From the IMG/VR virus record IMGVR_UViG_2534681626_000023: a stretch of DNA of 15,519 bases; one strand, 5' to 3'. The first letter of the stretch is position 1; each line of letters opens with the position of its first letter. Under the pieces are notes generated by a model. That model had not been told where the DNA came from, searched no databases, and saw only the letters and a program-made list of their open reading frames with translations. Made by a program: the position numbers and the translations under genes. Shown piece after piece: positions 1-6,830 of the stretch. Origin of the DNA: a virus. Its lineage: Duplodnaviria > Heunggongvirae > Uroviricota > Caudoviricetes.

Positions 1-1479
1 TCATTTTGTCGCCTCATTGCGCGGGGCAGGAATAAATTCGCCGTCATCAGTAATTTTTCCGTCCAGATATCCCGTTTTGTAATTTACGCCATAGCCATAT
101 CCCGAATGTTGTTCCTTCCAGATTAAGCGAACTTGTTTCGGATCAGCGGTGCGGTATCGCCAGAGCTGCGCGCCATCAAAGCTGTAAATGTAGCGGTTAT
201 CGCGGGCATACCATCTGCGCAAAAAGGGATGGTCATTAAGATGGGCTTCGCGTTCATCCGGAGAACGGTTATCCAGTAAGATCAGCGGTCCGTCAGATTC
301 AAACACATGTAAACCGGAATGGTATGGCCACCCTTCGGCACGCGTAAGTAAATAGCCGTGGCGTTTCCCGGCGTTGAAACGTTTGTTGATAATAAGATTG
401 GGATCATCAAGTTTCACGATTTCCAGCTTGCGGTCACCAGACTCTGTTTCGATGATGGTATAAAGCGAGTCCTGATACTGGGCGACAGCATCACTGATGG
501 GTTGAAACTGCTCCGGATCGAGTCCGGGTAATTCTTCCTGTTTACAAGCAGGTCCTTTACGCCAGAACACTTTCTTTTCCAGCAGAGAAAAATCCAGACA
601 GTGCTTTGTTAAATCTTCATCCCACGCCAGATTTTCCTTGTCGAGGACTTTACGCTGCAGCCCGTTTTTATCACGCCAGGTCAAGAGTGAGCCGGGCATC
701 CAGCGCACGACGGAAAAGGTGTCCGGGTCGGCATCAAGCTGTTCGCCGTTGATCAGGATTTTGGTCCGTGTACGAGCCAGGGTATCCCAGGGGCCAAATG
801 GCATAGCCACACAGGGATTAAACGCGGTAGAAAACTTTCCTCGCTGATCCCATGACTTTTGTGCCAGCACACGGAAACTATCGGGATCTGCGAGGCGATG
901 CCCATTGATATACAAGAAATTAGCGTCACGTAATATCAGCCCCAGTAAGTCAGGATCCCGGGGAGGCCGGAATTCCACCTGATGCAGTGTTTTGATATCT
1001 AAGCGATTTCCCCCGCCATTGTTATCTGTGCGCTTGCCTTCGAAATAGAGACTGTGTTTATCTGCGGCAAAATCACCCCACGCCTTGAACGAGGCGACAT
1101 CGACGGGAGGTTTGTCTGGCGGGGTTTGCACAACTTCACCCGCGTAGAGGATATAGCGACCATCGCTATGCAAGGAGTAATGAGGATACCAGGCCTGTGC
1201 GCCTTCATAGAGGTAGTCGGTTGTCAGATCAGTCAGAGGAGGTACTTTATCCCATTTGTCTAGTGTTGTCGGGTCTATTAATAAATTGGGTAAACGGCGC
1301 AAACTTTTGTAATTCACGTCAGGAAGAGAAAGATTTGTTTCTTTATAAGGGCGCAGGTATACCACGCCTTTTCCCTGTTTCTGGTAAATATTATGTTCAG
1401 GCGGATCAAGCCGACATCCCCATGCCGACGATAAAAACAATGAACAAGACAACAAACAAACCACATTGCGATAGTGCAT
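1..1479 (-). CDS. Host chromosomal gene, 5' part (about 492 aa in window; C-terminus runs off the window start). Predicted secreted or periplasmic protein of unknown function with an N-terminal signal peptide.
   Basis: Long minus-strand ORF open to position 1. The ORF track starts it at 1506, but 1494..1506 is Mu terminal sequence that happens to be open in frame. The first ATG on the host side is at 1479, preceded by AGGA (1490..1487) at 7-nt spacing. N-terminus MHYRNVVCLLSCSLFLSSAWGC has a basic n-region and hydrophobic core, typical of a Sec signal peptide. Family not recognised. Confidence 0.6.
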   Translation of the reverse strand: MHYRNVVCLLSCSLFLSSAWGCRLDPPEHNIYQKQGKGVVYLRPYKETNLSLPDVNYKSLRRLPNLLIDPTTLDKWDKVPPLTDLTTDYLYEGAQAWYPHYSLHSDGRYILYAGEVVQTPPDKPPVDVASFKAWGDFAADKHSLYFEGKRTDNNGGGNRLDIKTLHQVEFRPPRDPDLLGLILRDANFLYINGHRLADPDSFRVLAQKSWDQRGKFSTAFNPCVAMPFGPWDTLARTRTKILINGEQLDADPDTFSVVRWMPGSLLTWRDKNGLQRKVLDKENLAWDEDLTKHCLDFSLLEKKVFWRKGPACKQEELPGLDPEQFQPISDAVAQYQDSLYTIIETESGDRKLEIVKLDDPNLIINKRFNAGKRHGYLLTRAEGWPYHSGLHVFESDGPLILLDNRSPDEREAHLNDHPFLRRWYARDNRYIYSFDGAQLWRYRTADPKQVRLIWKEQHSGYGYGVNYKTGYLDGKITDDGEFIPAPRNEATK

Positions 1480-1493
1480 AAAGCCATCCTGGC

Positions 1494-1575
1494 TGAAGCG
1501 GCGCACGAAAAACGCGAAAGCGTTTCACGATAAATGCGAAAACTTTAGCTTTCGCGCTTCAAATGAAACAGCAGT
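1494..1575 (-). other. attR: Mu right-end attachment region (attR) with transposase MuA end-binding sites (R1-R3 type repeats); element terminus at 1494.
   Basis: Terminal TG dinucleotide at 1494-1495 followed by repeated CGAAAA / TTTCAC-containing motifs (CACGAAAAACGCGAAAG, GCGTTTCACGATAAATGCGAAAAC) resembling the MuA binding consensus. Recalled from the Mu literature, not computed. Confidence 0.75.
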
Positions 1576-1587
1576 ATTAATTACTGC
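1571..1587. terminator. Short hairpin (GCAGTA-TTAAT-TACTGC) between the mom stop and attR, with a T-run on the plus strand; possible weak terminator.
   Basis: 6-bp inverted repeat read directly. On the plus strand it is followed by TTTTTATTC, on the minus strand by TGTTTCATTT. Stem is AT-rich and short, so function is uncertain. Confidence 0.25.
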
Positions 1588-1608
1588 TTTTTATTCATTA
1601 CATGGGGA

Positions 1609-2304
1609 TCACTTAGGGTATGGCTGAACCCTGAATAGTTTGGTATTTAGCCGCTTCCTTGCTCGCTTGTTCAGGAATCTGATGTAGCGATACTGATTAA
1701 ATTTGTGCACCACGGCACGCTCTTTATTAGCCCGTAAATACACGCCTCGTTGTCCACCCCGCTTAATCGCGTTCATTGTTATCTCGTGATACCACTCACC
1801 ATCCAGCTCGTAGAACGTGCTTTCATGGCTGCCAATAAAATCAAAATTCGACGCCTGATACACAACGCCTGCGCGTCCGCAGCGTTCGTCAGCAAATGAC
1901 TGAACCCACTCCACTGACGGATACAGTAATCTGATAACTTTCAGCGCGTAGCTGATGGCCCGTGATTCAGAGTTGCGGGGCATGTCGTCGTGTAGCCACA
2001 TGCGATTCAACTCCATATAGCCCCGGTTATCCGTTTCAAGCACGACACGACGACCTGAGTTGGGGTTAAGGGCATATCCCCACTGGAGAACGCCAACCAG
2101 ATCGCGTCCGCTGAATACTCCCAGGTGGAGGTAAGAGTTATTCACAAAACGGCGGGAATAGTGCTTTGTCTGAATAATTGTGCGGGCCAGCCAGCAGGAT
2201 ATGGTTTCAACGCGCAGTTCCTTTGAACCATAGCCAACAATCTGGCCTTCATACTCAATAACGCACGGTTTCGTCAGAATGCGTGATTTTTTCTCTTTTC
2301 CCAC
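1609..2304 (-). CDS. mom: Mom DNA-modification protein (adenine methylcarbamoylation; anti-restriction), 231 aa, GTG start.
   Basis: ORF 1609..2334 translation matches the Mu Mom family as I recall it. I place the start at GTG 2304 rather than the track ATG 2334, because GGAG lies 7 nt upstream of the GUG and both sit inside a CCCAC...GUGGG hairpin (see 2300..2320), matching the known Com-dependent translational control. Overlaps com by about 50 nt. Confidence 0.88.
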   Translation of the reverse strand: MGKEKKSRILTKPCVIEYEGQIVGYGSKELRVETISCWLARTIIQTKHYSRRFVNNSYLHLGVFSGRDLVGVLQWGYALNPNSGRRVVLETDNRGYMELNRMWLHDDMPRNSESRAISYALKVIRLLYPSVEWVQSFADERCGRAGVVYQASNFDFIGSHESTFYELDGEWYHEITMNAIKRGGQRGVYLRANKERAVVHKFNQYRYIRFLNKRARKRLNTKLFRVQPYPK

Positions 2305-2443
2305 AATGTTTCTCCGTGGGATGCTCGCAGGCATTCAGCATTATGATGTGACGTTTGCAACGCGGACACCTGATTTCAATGTGATCAAAGGAATCCGCCT
2401 TAAATAACAGTTTGTTGCAGTTTTTACAGCGAATTGATTTCAT
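2255..2443 (-). CDS. com: Com, zinc-finger translational activator of mom (62 aa).
   Basis: 62-aa [17 protein letters not shown]...[11 protein letters not shown] with two C-x2-C pairs (zinc-binding), located immediately upstream of and overlapping mom. Matches Mu Com as I recall it. Confidence 0.9.
   Translation of the reverse strand: MKSIRCKNCNKLLFKADSFDHIEIRCPRCKRHIIMLNACEHPTEKHCGKREKITHSDETVRY
2300..2320 (-). promoter_or_regulatory. mom translation-initiation hairpin that sequesters the SD (GGAG) and GUG start; target of Com translational activation.
   Basis: mRNA sequence CCCACGGAGAAACAUUGUGGG: CCCAC pairs with GUGGG, with GGAG and the GUG start inside the loop and 3' stem. Read directly; interpretation follows established Mu com/mom biology. 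Confidence 0.7.
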
Positions 2444-2555
2444 CTCACCTCCTTTGCATCAATTCGCCACTATCTTAAAAAACATCGTGGGTTGAGTGTG
2501 GTTATTGGGGCATAATCGATCTGTATTACCGATCGATTCAATTGATTCGATCGTC
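2444..2555 (-). promoter_or_regulatory. com-mom promoter and upstream control region with a cluster of three Dam GATC sites (2518..2521, 2531..2534, 2549..2552); expected OxyR and C-protein responsive region.
   Basis: Three GATC sites within 35 bp, read directly, about 75-110 bp upstream of the com ATG and overlapping the 3' end of gin. In Mu, methylation of such a triad blocks OxyR repression of mom and the late activator C binds near the promoter. Exact -35/-10 elements not assigned. Confidence 0.65.
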
Positions 2556-3119
2556 GTTTTCTATATGCGTTCGTTTGGCGGGGTGTTTTTTATACAGCGT
2601 TGACAGGGCCACATCGTAGATCAATGCGACCTGCTTGCGGGGGATTCCTTGTGCTAATAAACGCCCGGCCTGCTCCCATTCCGCTTTGGTTAGTTTAGGT
2701 GGTCGACCACCGATACGGCCTTTATTTCTGGCAGCAGCAAGTCCAGCCATCGTTCTCTCGATGATTAGTTCTCGTTCCATCTCAGCCAGGGCACCCATAA
2801 CGTGGAAGAAAAAACGCCCCATTGGAGATGACGTATCAATACTGTCAGTAAGACTGCGAAAATTAATCCCTCGCTCTCGTAATTCCCCTACGAGAGAAAT
2901 CAGATGTTTCATGCTTCGCCCGAGGCGATCCAGTTTCCAGACAACCAGCGTGTCACCTTTTTGAAGGCGCTTTAAAGCGCGTCTTAATCCCGGTCGGTCT
3001 GTCTTTGTCCCGCTTAATTTATCTTCAAATATTTGTTCACATCCTGCACAAACAAGAGCGTTTCGTTGCAAGTCTGTATTCTGGTCATTTGTTGATACCC
3101 TTACATAGCCAATCAGCAC
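2538..3119 (-). CDS. gin: Gin DNA invertase (serine recombinase of the Gin/Hin/Pin/Cin family), 193 aa, GTG start.
   Basis: Translation (V)LIGYVRVSTNDQNTDLQRNALVCAGCEQIFEDKLSG... carries the serine-recombinase catalytic motif RVSTNDQ and a C-terminal HTH region. The track starts at TTG 3137; I prefer GTG 3119, which is preceded by GGGAGA at 7-nt spacing and gives the Mu Gin N-terminus (M)LIGYVRVS. Confidence 0.9.
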   Translation of the reverse strand: MLIGYVRVSTNDQNTDLQRNALVCAGCEQIFEDKLSGTKTDRPGLRRALKRLQKGDTLVVWKLDRLGRSMKHLISLVGELRERGINFRSLTDSIDTSSPMGRFFFHVMGALAEMERELIIERTMAGLAAARNKGRIGGRPPKLTKAEWEQAGRLLAQGIPRKQVALIYDVALSTLYKKHPAKRTHIENDDRIN

Positions 3120-3173
3120 GCTGAATCTCCCGTCCAAAAGCGTAAATCATGCCATGCAGGTCAGAAACGGCCA

Positions 3174-3199
3174 TTATCTAAAACCTCGGTTTGCAGGAA
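3174..3199. repeat. gix: gix recombination site (gin-proximal), 26-bp core TTATCTAAAACCTCGGTTTGCAGGAA; inverted copy of 6309..6334.
   Basis: Read directly. It is in inverted orientation to TTCCTGTAAACCGAGGTTTTGGATAA at 6309..6334 (2 mismatches in 26) and lies within longer imperfect inverted repeats of about 92 bp (about 10 mismatches). Closely resembles Hin/Gin-family hix/gix sites. Central crossover dinucleotide at 3186-3187. Confidence 0.85.
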
Positions 3200-4270
3200 A
3201 CGGTAAATCTGGCTTCTGGCGCATTACAAAAAAACCAGAACGGCGCGGATATTCCTGATAAGGATCGCTTCCTGAGTAACATTAATGTTTACAGCAAAGG
3301 CGAGGTGGATAAGAAAAAAGGAATGCGGCAGTACGCATTTAATGCGCCGTCTAATGCAGTTGGTGGAAAGTGGTATCCAGTTATTTTCCGGCGTTCCACA
3401 GGCAGCACTGGCGAGCTGGCTTCCAGAGTGATTATAACGACCACATCTGCCACTGGTGATTACGCAATGAATAACTGCGAATTCAATGGAATGGTAATGC
3501 CTGGTGGCTGGACTGATCATGGTTCATATGCGGCAGGTTATTTTTCGACGTATCAGACTAATGAGCGCGCAATCCACTCCATTGTAACAAGCCTTAAAGA
3601 AGATGATGTATGCAGCGTTTTTTACGTTGAAGGCAGGGCTTTTCCTGTGCGGGTTTCTGCTGAAGAAGGGCTAACGGTTATTGTTCCAACTCAGGATTAT
3701 ACCGTCGGTCAAACAACATATAAGTGGGGAGCAACTAATCCCGCGACAGAAAGCACGAACGCACAAGCCATTCTGGATTTTAACAATGGGCGAGGGTTTT
3801 ATTGTTCTCACTCAATATTCGGTATTAATGCCATTTTTAGCGGAAATCTGGGGATTGGAACGGCTAATGCCCTGGGGGGAAATTCAATAGTTTTAGGAGA
3901 TAACGATACTGGGTTTAAACAAAATGGTGATGGGGTGCTGGATGCTTATGCTAATGGTGTGCATGTGTTCCGCTTTCAGAACGGTACGTTACAGAGCAAA
4001 AAAGAAATAAGTATCACTGGGCGGATATTACCGTCTGATTTCAGTAATTTAGATTCCCGATATGTAAAAGATGTTCGGCTTGGCTCACAGCAATATTATG
4101 GTGTGAACAACTGGCAAACATGGAATTTCCAGTGCCCGTCAGGTCATGTATTATCTGGTATTAATGTTCAGGATACAGGGTCCAATTCTGCCGATAATAT
4201 AGCGGGTGTTTATTACAGACCAGTTCAAAAGTATATAAATGGCACTTGGTATAATGTAGCGAGCGTTTAA
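3191..4270 (+). CDS. S: Silent alternative tail-fiber variable cassette (Sv-type), promoterless and start-less; would be fused to the constant S N-terminus after inversion (predicted fusion about 530 aa).
   Basis: ORF open from the gix site with no credible own start (the track M is a TTG inside the repeat). N-terminal residues [21 protein letters not shown] mirror the junction of the expressed fiber, and the C-terminal tip ...[12 protein letters not shown] is paralogous to the expressed tip ...CINGTWYNAGSI. Frame checked: in phase with Sc after inversion. Confidence 0.8.
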   Translation: MQETVNLASGALQKNQNGADIPDKDRFLSNINVYSKGEVDKKKGMRQYAFNAPSNAVGGKWYPVIFRRSTGSTGELASRVIITTTSATGDYAMNNCEFNGMVMPGGWTDHGSYAAGYFSTYQTNERAIHSIVTSLKEDDVCSVFYVEGRAFPVRVSAEEGLTVIVPTQDYTVGQTTYKWGATNPATESTNAQAILDFNNGRGFYCSHSIFGINAIFSGNLGIGTANALGGNSIVLGDNDTGFKQNGDGVLDAYANGVHVFRFQNGTLQSKKEISITGRILPSDFSNLDSRYVKDVRLGSQQYYGVNNWQTWNFQCPSGHVLSGINVQDTGSNSADNIAGVYYRPVQKYINGTWYNVASV

Positions 4271-4271
4271 T

Positions 4272-4799
4272 ATGATGCACTTAAAGAACATAAAAGCAGG
4301 TAACGCTAAAACACTGGAGCAGTATGAGTTAACAAAGAAGCACGGAGTCATCTGGCTTTACTCTGAGGACGAAAAAAACTGGTATGAGGAAGTGAAAAAC
4401 TTTCAGCCAGACACAATAAAGATTGTTTACGATGCAAATAATATTATTGTCGCCATCACTAAAGATGCCTCCACGCTTAACCCTGAAGGTTTTAGCGTCG
4501 TTGAGGTTCCCGATATAACAGCCAACCGCCGCGCTGATGATTCAGGAAAGTGGATGTTTAAGGATGGAGCTGTAGTTAAACGGATTTATACGGCAGACGA
4601 ACAGCAACAACAAGCCGAATCACAAAAGGTCGCGTTGCTTTCTGAAGCTGAAAGCGTTATTCAGCCACTGGAACGCGCTGTCAGGCTGAATATGGCGACG
4701 GATGAGGAACGCACACGACTGGAGTCATGGGAACGCTACAGCGTTCTGGTCAGCCGTGTGGATACAGCAAATCCCGAATGGCCACAAAAGCCTGAGTAA
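4272..4799 (+). CDS. U: Tail fiber assembly protein, alternative copy (175 aa), currently in the silent orientation.
   Basis: Begins 1 nt after the Sv stop. N-terminal 120 aa are clearly paralogous to the 177-aa minus-strand chaperone (MMHLKNI.AGN.KT.EQY.LTK...WYEE.KNFQPDT...[18 protein letters not shown]). Tail-fiber assembly chaperone family by position and similarity. Confidence 0.85.
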   Translation: MMHLKNIKAGNAKTLEQYELTKKHGVIWLYSEDEKNWYEEVKNFQPDTIKIVYDANNIIVAITKDASTLNPEGFSVVEVPDITANRRADDSGKWMFKDGAVVKRIYTADEQQQQAESQKVALLSEAESVIQPLERAVRLNMATDEERTRLESWERYSVLVSRVDTANPEWPQKPE

Positions 4800-4804
4800 A
4801 AATT

Positions 4805-4824
4805 AAGGCCCAATATCGGGCCTT
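4805..4824. terminator. Hairpin (AAGGCCC-AATATC-GGGCCTT) shared by the convergent U and U' genes at the centre of the G segment; likely bidirectional terminator.
   Basis: 7-bp GC-rich stem read directly, lying in the 28-bp gap between the two convergent stop codons (4797..4799 and 4828..4830). On the minus-strand transcript it is followed by AAUUUUUA. Confidence 0.45.
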
Positions 4825-4827
4825 CTC

Positions 4828-5361
4828 TCATTCTGGTTGTTCGGGAAACGTTACTGGCAGGCTGGAGGTGTCTGTAGATTCGACTTTCTGCGCATAGAGC
4901 ATCCACTCGGTTAATTTTTGTTTATTCTCGTCGGAAATGATGCCCAGCCGTAGCTGTGAGTCCCATAGCTGGGTTTTATCCCTGACAAGTTGCAACAGGC
5001 TTTGCTTTTCATTTTCCGCTTGTTGCCTCTGCTCTTCCTCGGTATAAGTTCGCTTTATCACTACGCCATCTTTGAACAACCATTTCCCCGAAATATCAGC
5101 CCGGCGATTTGCTGTAATATCAGGTAATTCAACGACGCTTGCGCCTTCCGGATTAATTGCTGAAACATCCTTTTCAATACAAATAATAACGCCGTTATGG
5201 TCATAGACCATTTTCAAAGTGTCTGGCTGGAAATTCTTTTGTTCCTCATACCAGTTTTTTCCATCATCTGAATAAAGCCATTTGATGTTAAATTGCTTTG
5301 TTAGCTGGTATTGCTCTTTTGTTTTAGGGTTGCCAGCAGTAATATTTTTTAAGTGCATCAT
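4828..5361 (-). CDS. U': Tail fiber assembly protein, currently expressed copy (177 aa).
   Basis: Immediately downstream (minus strand) of the expressed tail fiber gene. Paralogous to the plus-strand 175-aa copy. Confidence 0.85.
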   Translation of the reverse strand: MMHLKNITAGNPKTKEQYQLTKQFNIKWLYSDDGKNWYEEQKNFQPDTLKMVYDHNGVIICIEKDVSAINPEGASVVELPDITANRRADISGKWLFKDGVVIKRTYTEEEQRQQAENEKQSLLQLVRDKTQLWDSQLRLGIISDENKQKLTEWMLYAQKVESTDTSSLPVTFPEQPE

Positions 5362-5363
5362 AA

Positions 5364-6830
5364 TTAAATACTCCCCGCGTTATACCACGTTCCATTAATG
5401 CAATACTGAATTGGCCTTGCCTGAGTTATATCAATTAATTCATCACGGTTTCCGTTAACTGAACCAGTAACGACATAACCTGACCTGTCAGACCAGCCAG
5501 GACCATTCCATGTCTGAACAGATGACAGACCGCCAAGGCGAATACCTGTAATAAACCTTGAGTTACATTCTGCCTGCGTATATGCACCAACATCTCCCGC
5601 AGAGGGTTTGCGTGTTGTGGTGTAAAACTCTGACCAGTTAGCTTCAAAGCCATAACCATCACGCGCTGAACGATAAAAGATACCGCCATTTCTGTAATTC
5701 ACGCGGAACTGTACAGCAGGGCAACTCCCCGCATTCATATTAAAGTGGAGGATTAATGTCGATGCGCCACTGATATCTGCATCATAAACGCCGCTATTCC
5801 AGTTCCAGCCAACAGCTTTATCATTTGCGACCCTGCGTCCTGTTTGCCCTAAAGCAAATGCAGGCTGCTGGTTTTTCGTGTTGTAGTCTCGTCGCCAGCC
5901 AGGAGCGTAAGCATCACCATGATTAATATAAGTGAATTGAGCGTTAGTGATTCCGCCACCGCTGGACGTGCTCGGCGTGGTAACGCGTATGGTCATTGCG
6001 CCGCGGGTGCCAATAACTTCCACCACAGCACCTGCAAGACAAATATTTCCGCAACCTGTATCTGTAATGACCTTATTATTTGCATAAGCCCATGAGCCTT
6101 TGCACATCCAGTAAGGATGGTTAAATGCCCCCTGACTCTCCAGCCACGAAATAAATTGCGCAGTTGTCCAGACCTGACTATCGCCACCAATATTCAGCCA
6201 TGCGCTATATGCGCGACAGGCCCCAATATTTTTGGTGAAGGTATCTTTTCCCGGAATATCTGCGCCGTTCTGTTTTTTCTGTAATGCGCCAGAAGCCTGA
6301 TTTACCGTTTCCTGTAAACCGAGGTTTTGGATAAACAGCGGCTTATTGGGAATATCTGCTCCGTTCCGGTCTTTTGCCAGACGGGCATTGGCATTATCCA
6401 TCGCAATTTTCACCGCTTTTGCGGTGGCTGCCAGCGTTTCACTGGGGCTGTCAGTGGCACTGGTTAGCTGAACGAGGCCTTTTTTGTTCAGGCTGGCATC
6501 CCAGATATCCAGATTTTCACGTGCTGTACGCTGTGCTGATGCCCCGGCAATTTTAATTTCGCTGAGGTTATTTTTTATCAGCAGCGCGTTATTGCTCATA
6601 ATGGCTTTAATGGACAGTGCAAGCTGGTTTAATTTTGTTTTATCCGGTTGAATACCGGCTTCTTCCAGCGTGTTTAATAACTCCGCCTGCACAATATTAA
6701 ACCAGTCCATACCGGGCCATGTGATAGCATTATTCCCGTCACCTTCTGAAAACCAGCGAACGATAGCACTACGCTGGGCGGATACGGGCGGCATGACGGT
6801 TACGCCGCTGTCGTTATCAATATAAAACAT
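5364..6830 (-). CDS. S': Tail fiber protein in its currently expressed form (488 aa): constant N-terminal part Sc (6322..6830, outside G) fused to the variable cassette inside G (5364..6321).
   Basis: ORF crosses the gix site at 6309..6334 (encoding [11 protein letters not shown]). Its start ATG at 6830 overlaps the stop of the upstream baseplate gene. Assignment as the S' (G-minus) form is an inference from the sizes 488 versus about 530 aa and chaperone lengths 177 versus 175 aa. Confidence 0.85.
   Translation of the reverse strand: MFYIDNDSGVTVMPPVSAQRSAIVRWFSEGDGNNAITWPGMDWFNIVQAELLNTLEEAGIQPDKTKLNQLALSIKAIMSNNALLIKNNLSEIKIAGASAQRTARENLDIWDASLNKKGLVQLTSATDSPSETLAATAKAVKIAMDNANARLAKDRNGADIPNKPLFIQNLGLQETVNQASGALQKKQNGADIPGKDTFTKNIGACRAYSAWLNIGGDSQVWTTAQFISWLESQGAFNHPYWMCKGSWAYANNKVITDTGCGNICLAGAVVEVIGTRGAMTIRVTTPSTSSGGGITNAQFTYINHGDAYAPGWRRDYNTKNQQPAFALGQTGRRVANDKAVGWNWNSGVYDADISGASTLILHFNMNAGSCPAVQFRVNYRNGGIFYRSARDGYGFEANWSEFYTTTRKPSAGDVGAYTQAECNSRFITGIRLGGLSSVQTWNGPGWSDRSGYVVTGSVNGNRDELIDITQARPIQYCINGTWYNAGSI
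6309..6334. repeat. gix: gix recombination site (tail-gene-proximal), 26-bp core TTCCTGTAAACCGAGGTTTTGGATAA, located inside the tail fiber coding sequence.
   Basis: Inverted copy of 3174..3199. Central crossover dinucleotide GA at 6321-6322. Confidence 0.85.

Larger units (their letters stand above)
3187..6321. mobile_element. Invertible G segment (about 3.1 kb) with two alternative tail-fiber variable cassettes and their assembly chaperones; inverted by Gin.
   Basis: Bounded by inverted gix sites. Contains a promoterless fiber C-terminal cassette plus chaperone on the plus strand and a convergent paralogous pair on the minus strand. Only the minus-strand cassette is currently fused in frame to the constant fiber N-terminus outside the segment. 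Confidence 0.88.

Noticed and set aside
638-1481. Plus-strand ORFs 638..847, 1054..1263 and 1197..1481 within the host flank.
   Set aside because: Antisense to the long host ORF; short, no RBS support, low-complexity translations.
1494-1506. ORF-track N-terminal extension of the host gene into Mu sequence (start at 1506).
   Set aside because: Those codons are Mu terminal repeat sequence. The extension is an artefact of the open frame crossing the insertion junction; the host start is the ATG at 1479 with its own SD.
2444-3190. Possibility of accessory cargo (defence or anti-defence genes) in the region between the tail fiber module and the right end.
   Set aside because: The interval is fully occupied by gin, com, mom and their control regions. 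There is no unassigned ORF of meaningful size apart from mom itself, which is the known anti-restriction function.
2635-4351. ORFs antisense to gin (2635..2964 +) and to the Sv cassette (3224..3520 -, 4151..4351 -), and the small same-strand out-of-frame ORF 3681..3890 +.
   Set aside because: They overlap well-supported genes in the wrong frame or strand and have no independent signals.
3187-6321. Possibility that tail-fiber variability is generated by a diversity-generating retroelement or by shufflon-type multiple inversions.
   Set aside because: No reverse transcriptase gene or template/variable repeat pair is present, and only one pair of inverted recombination sites is seen. A simple two-state Gin inversion explains the architecture.
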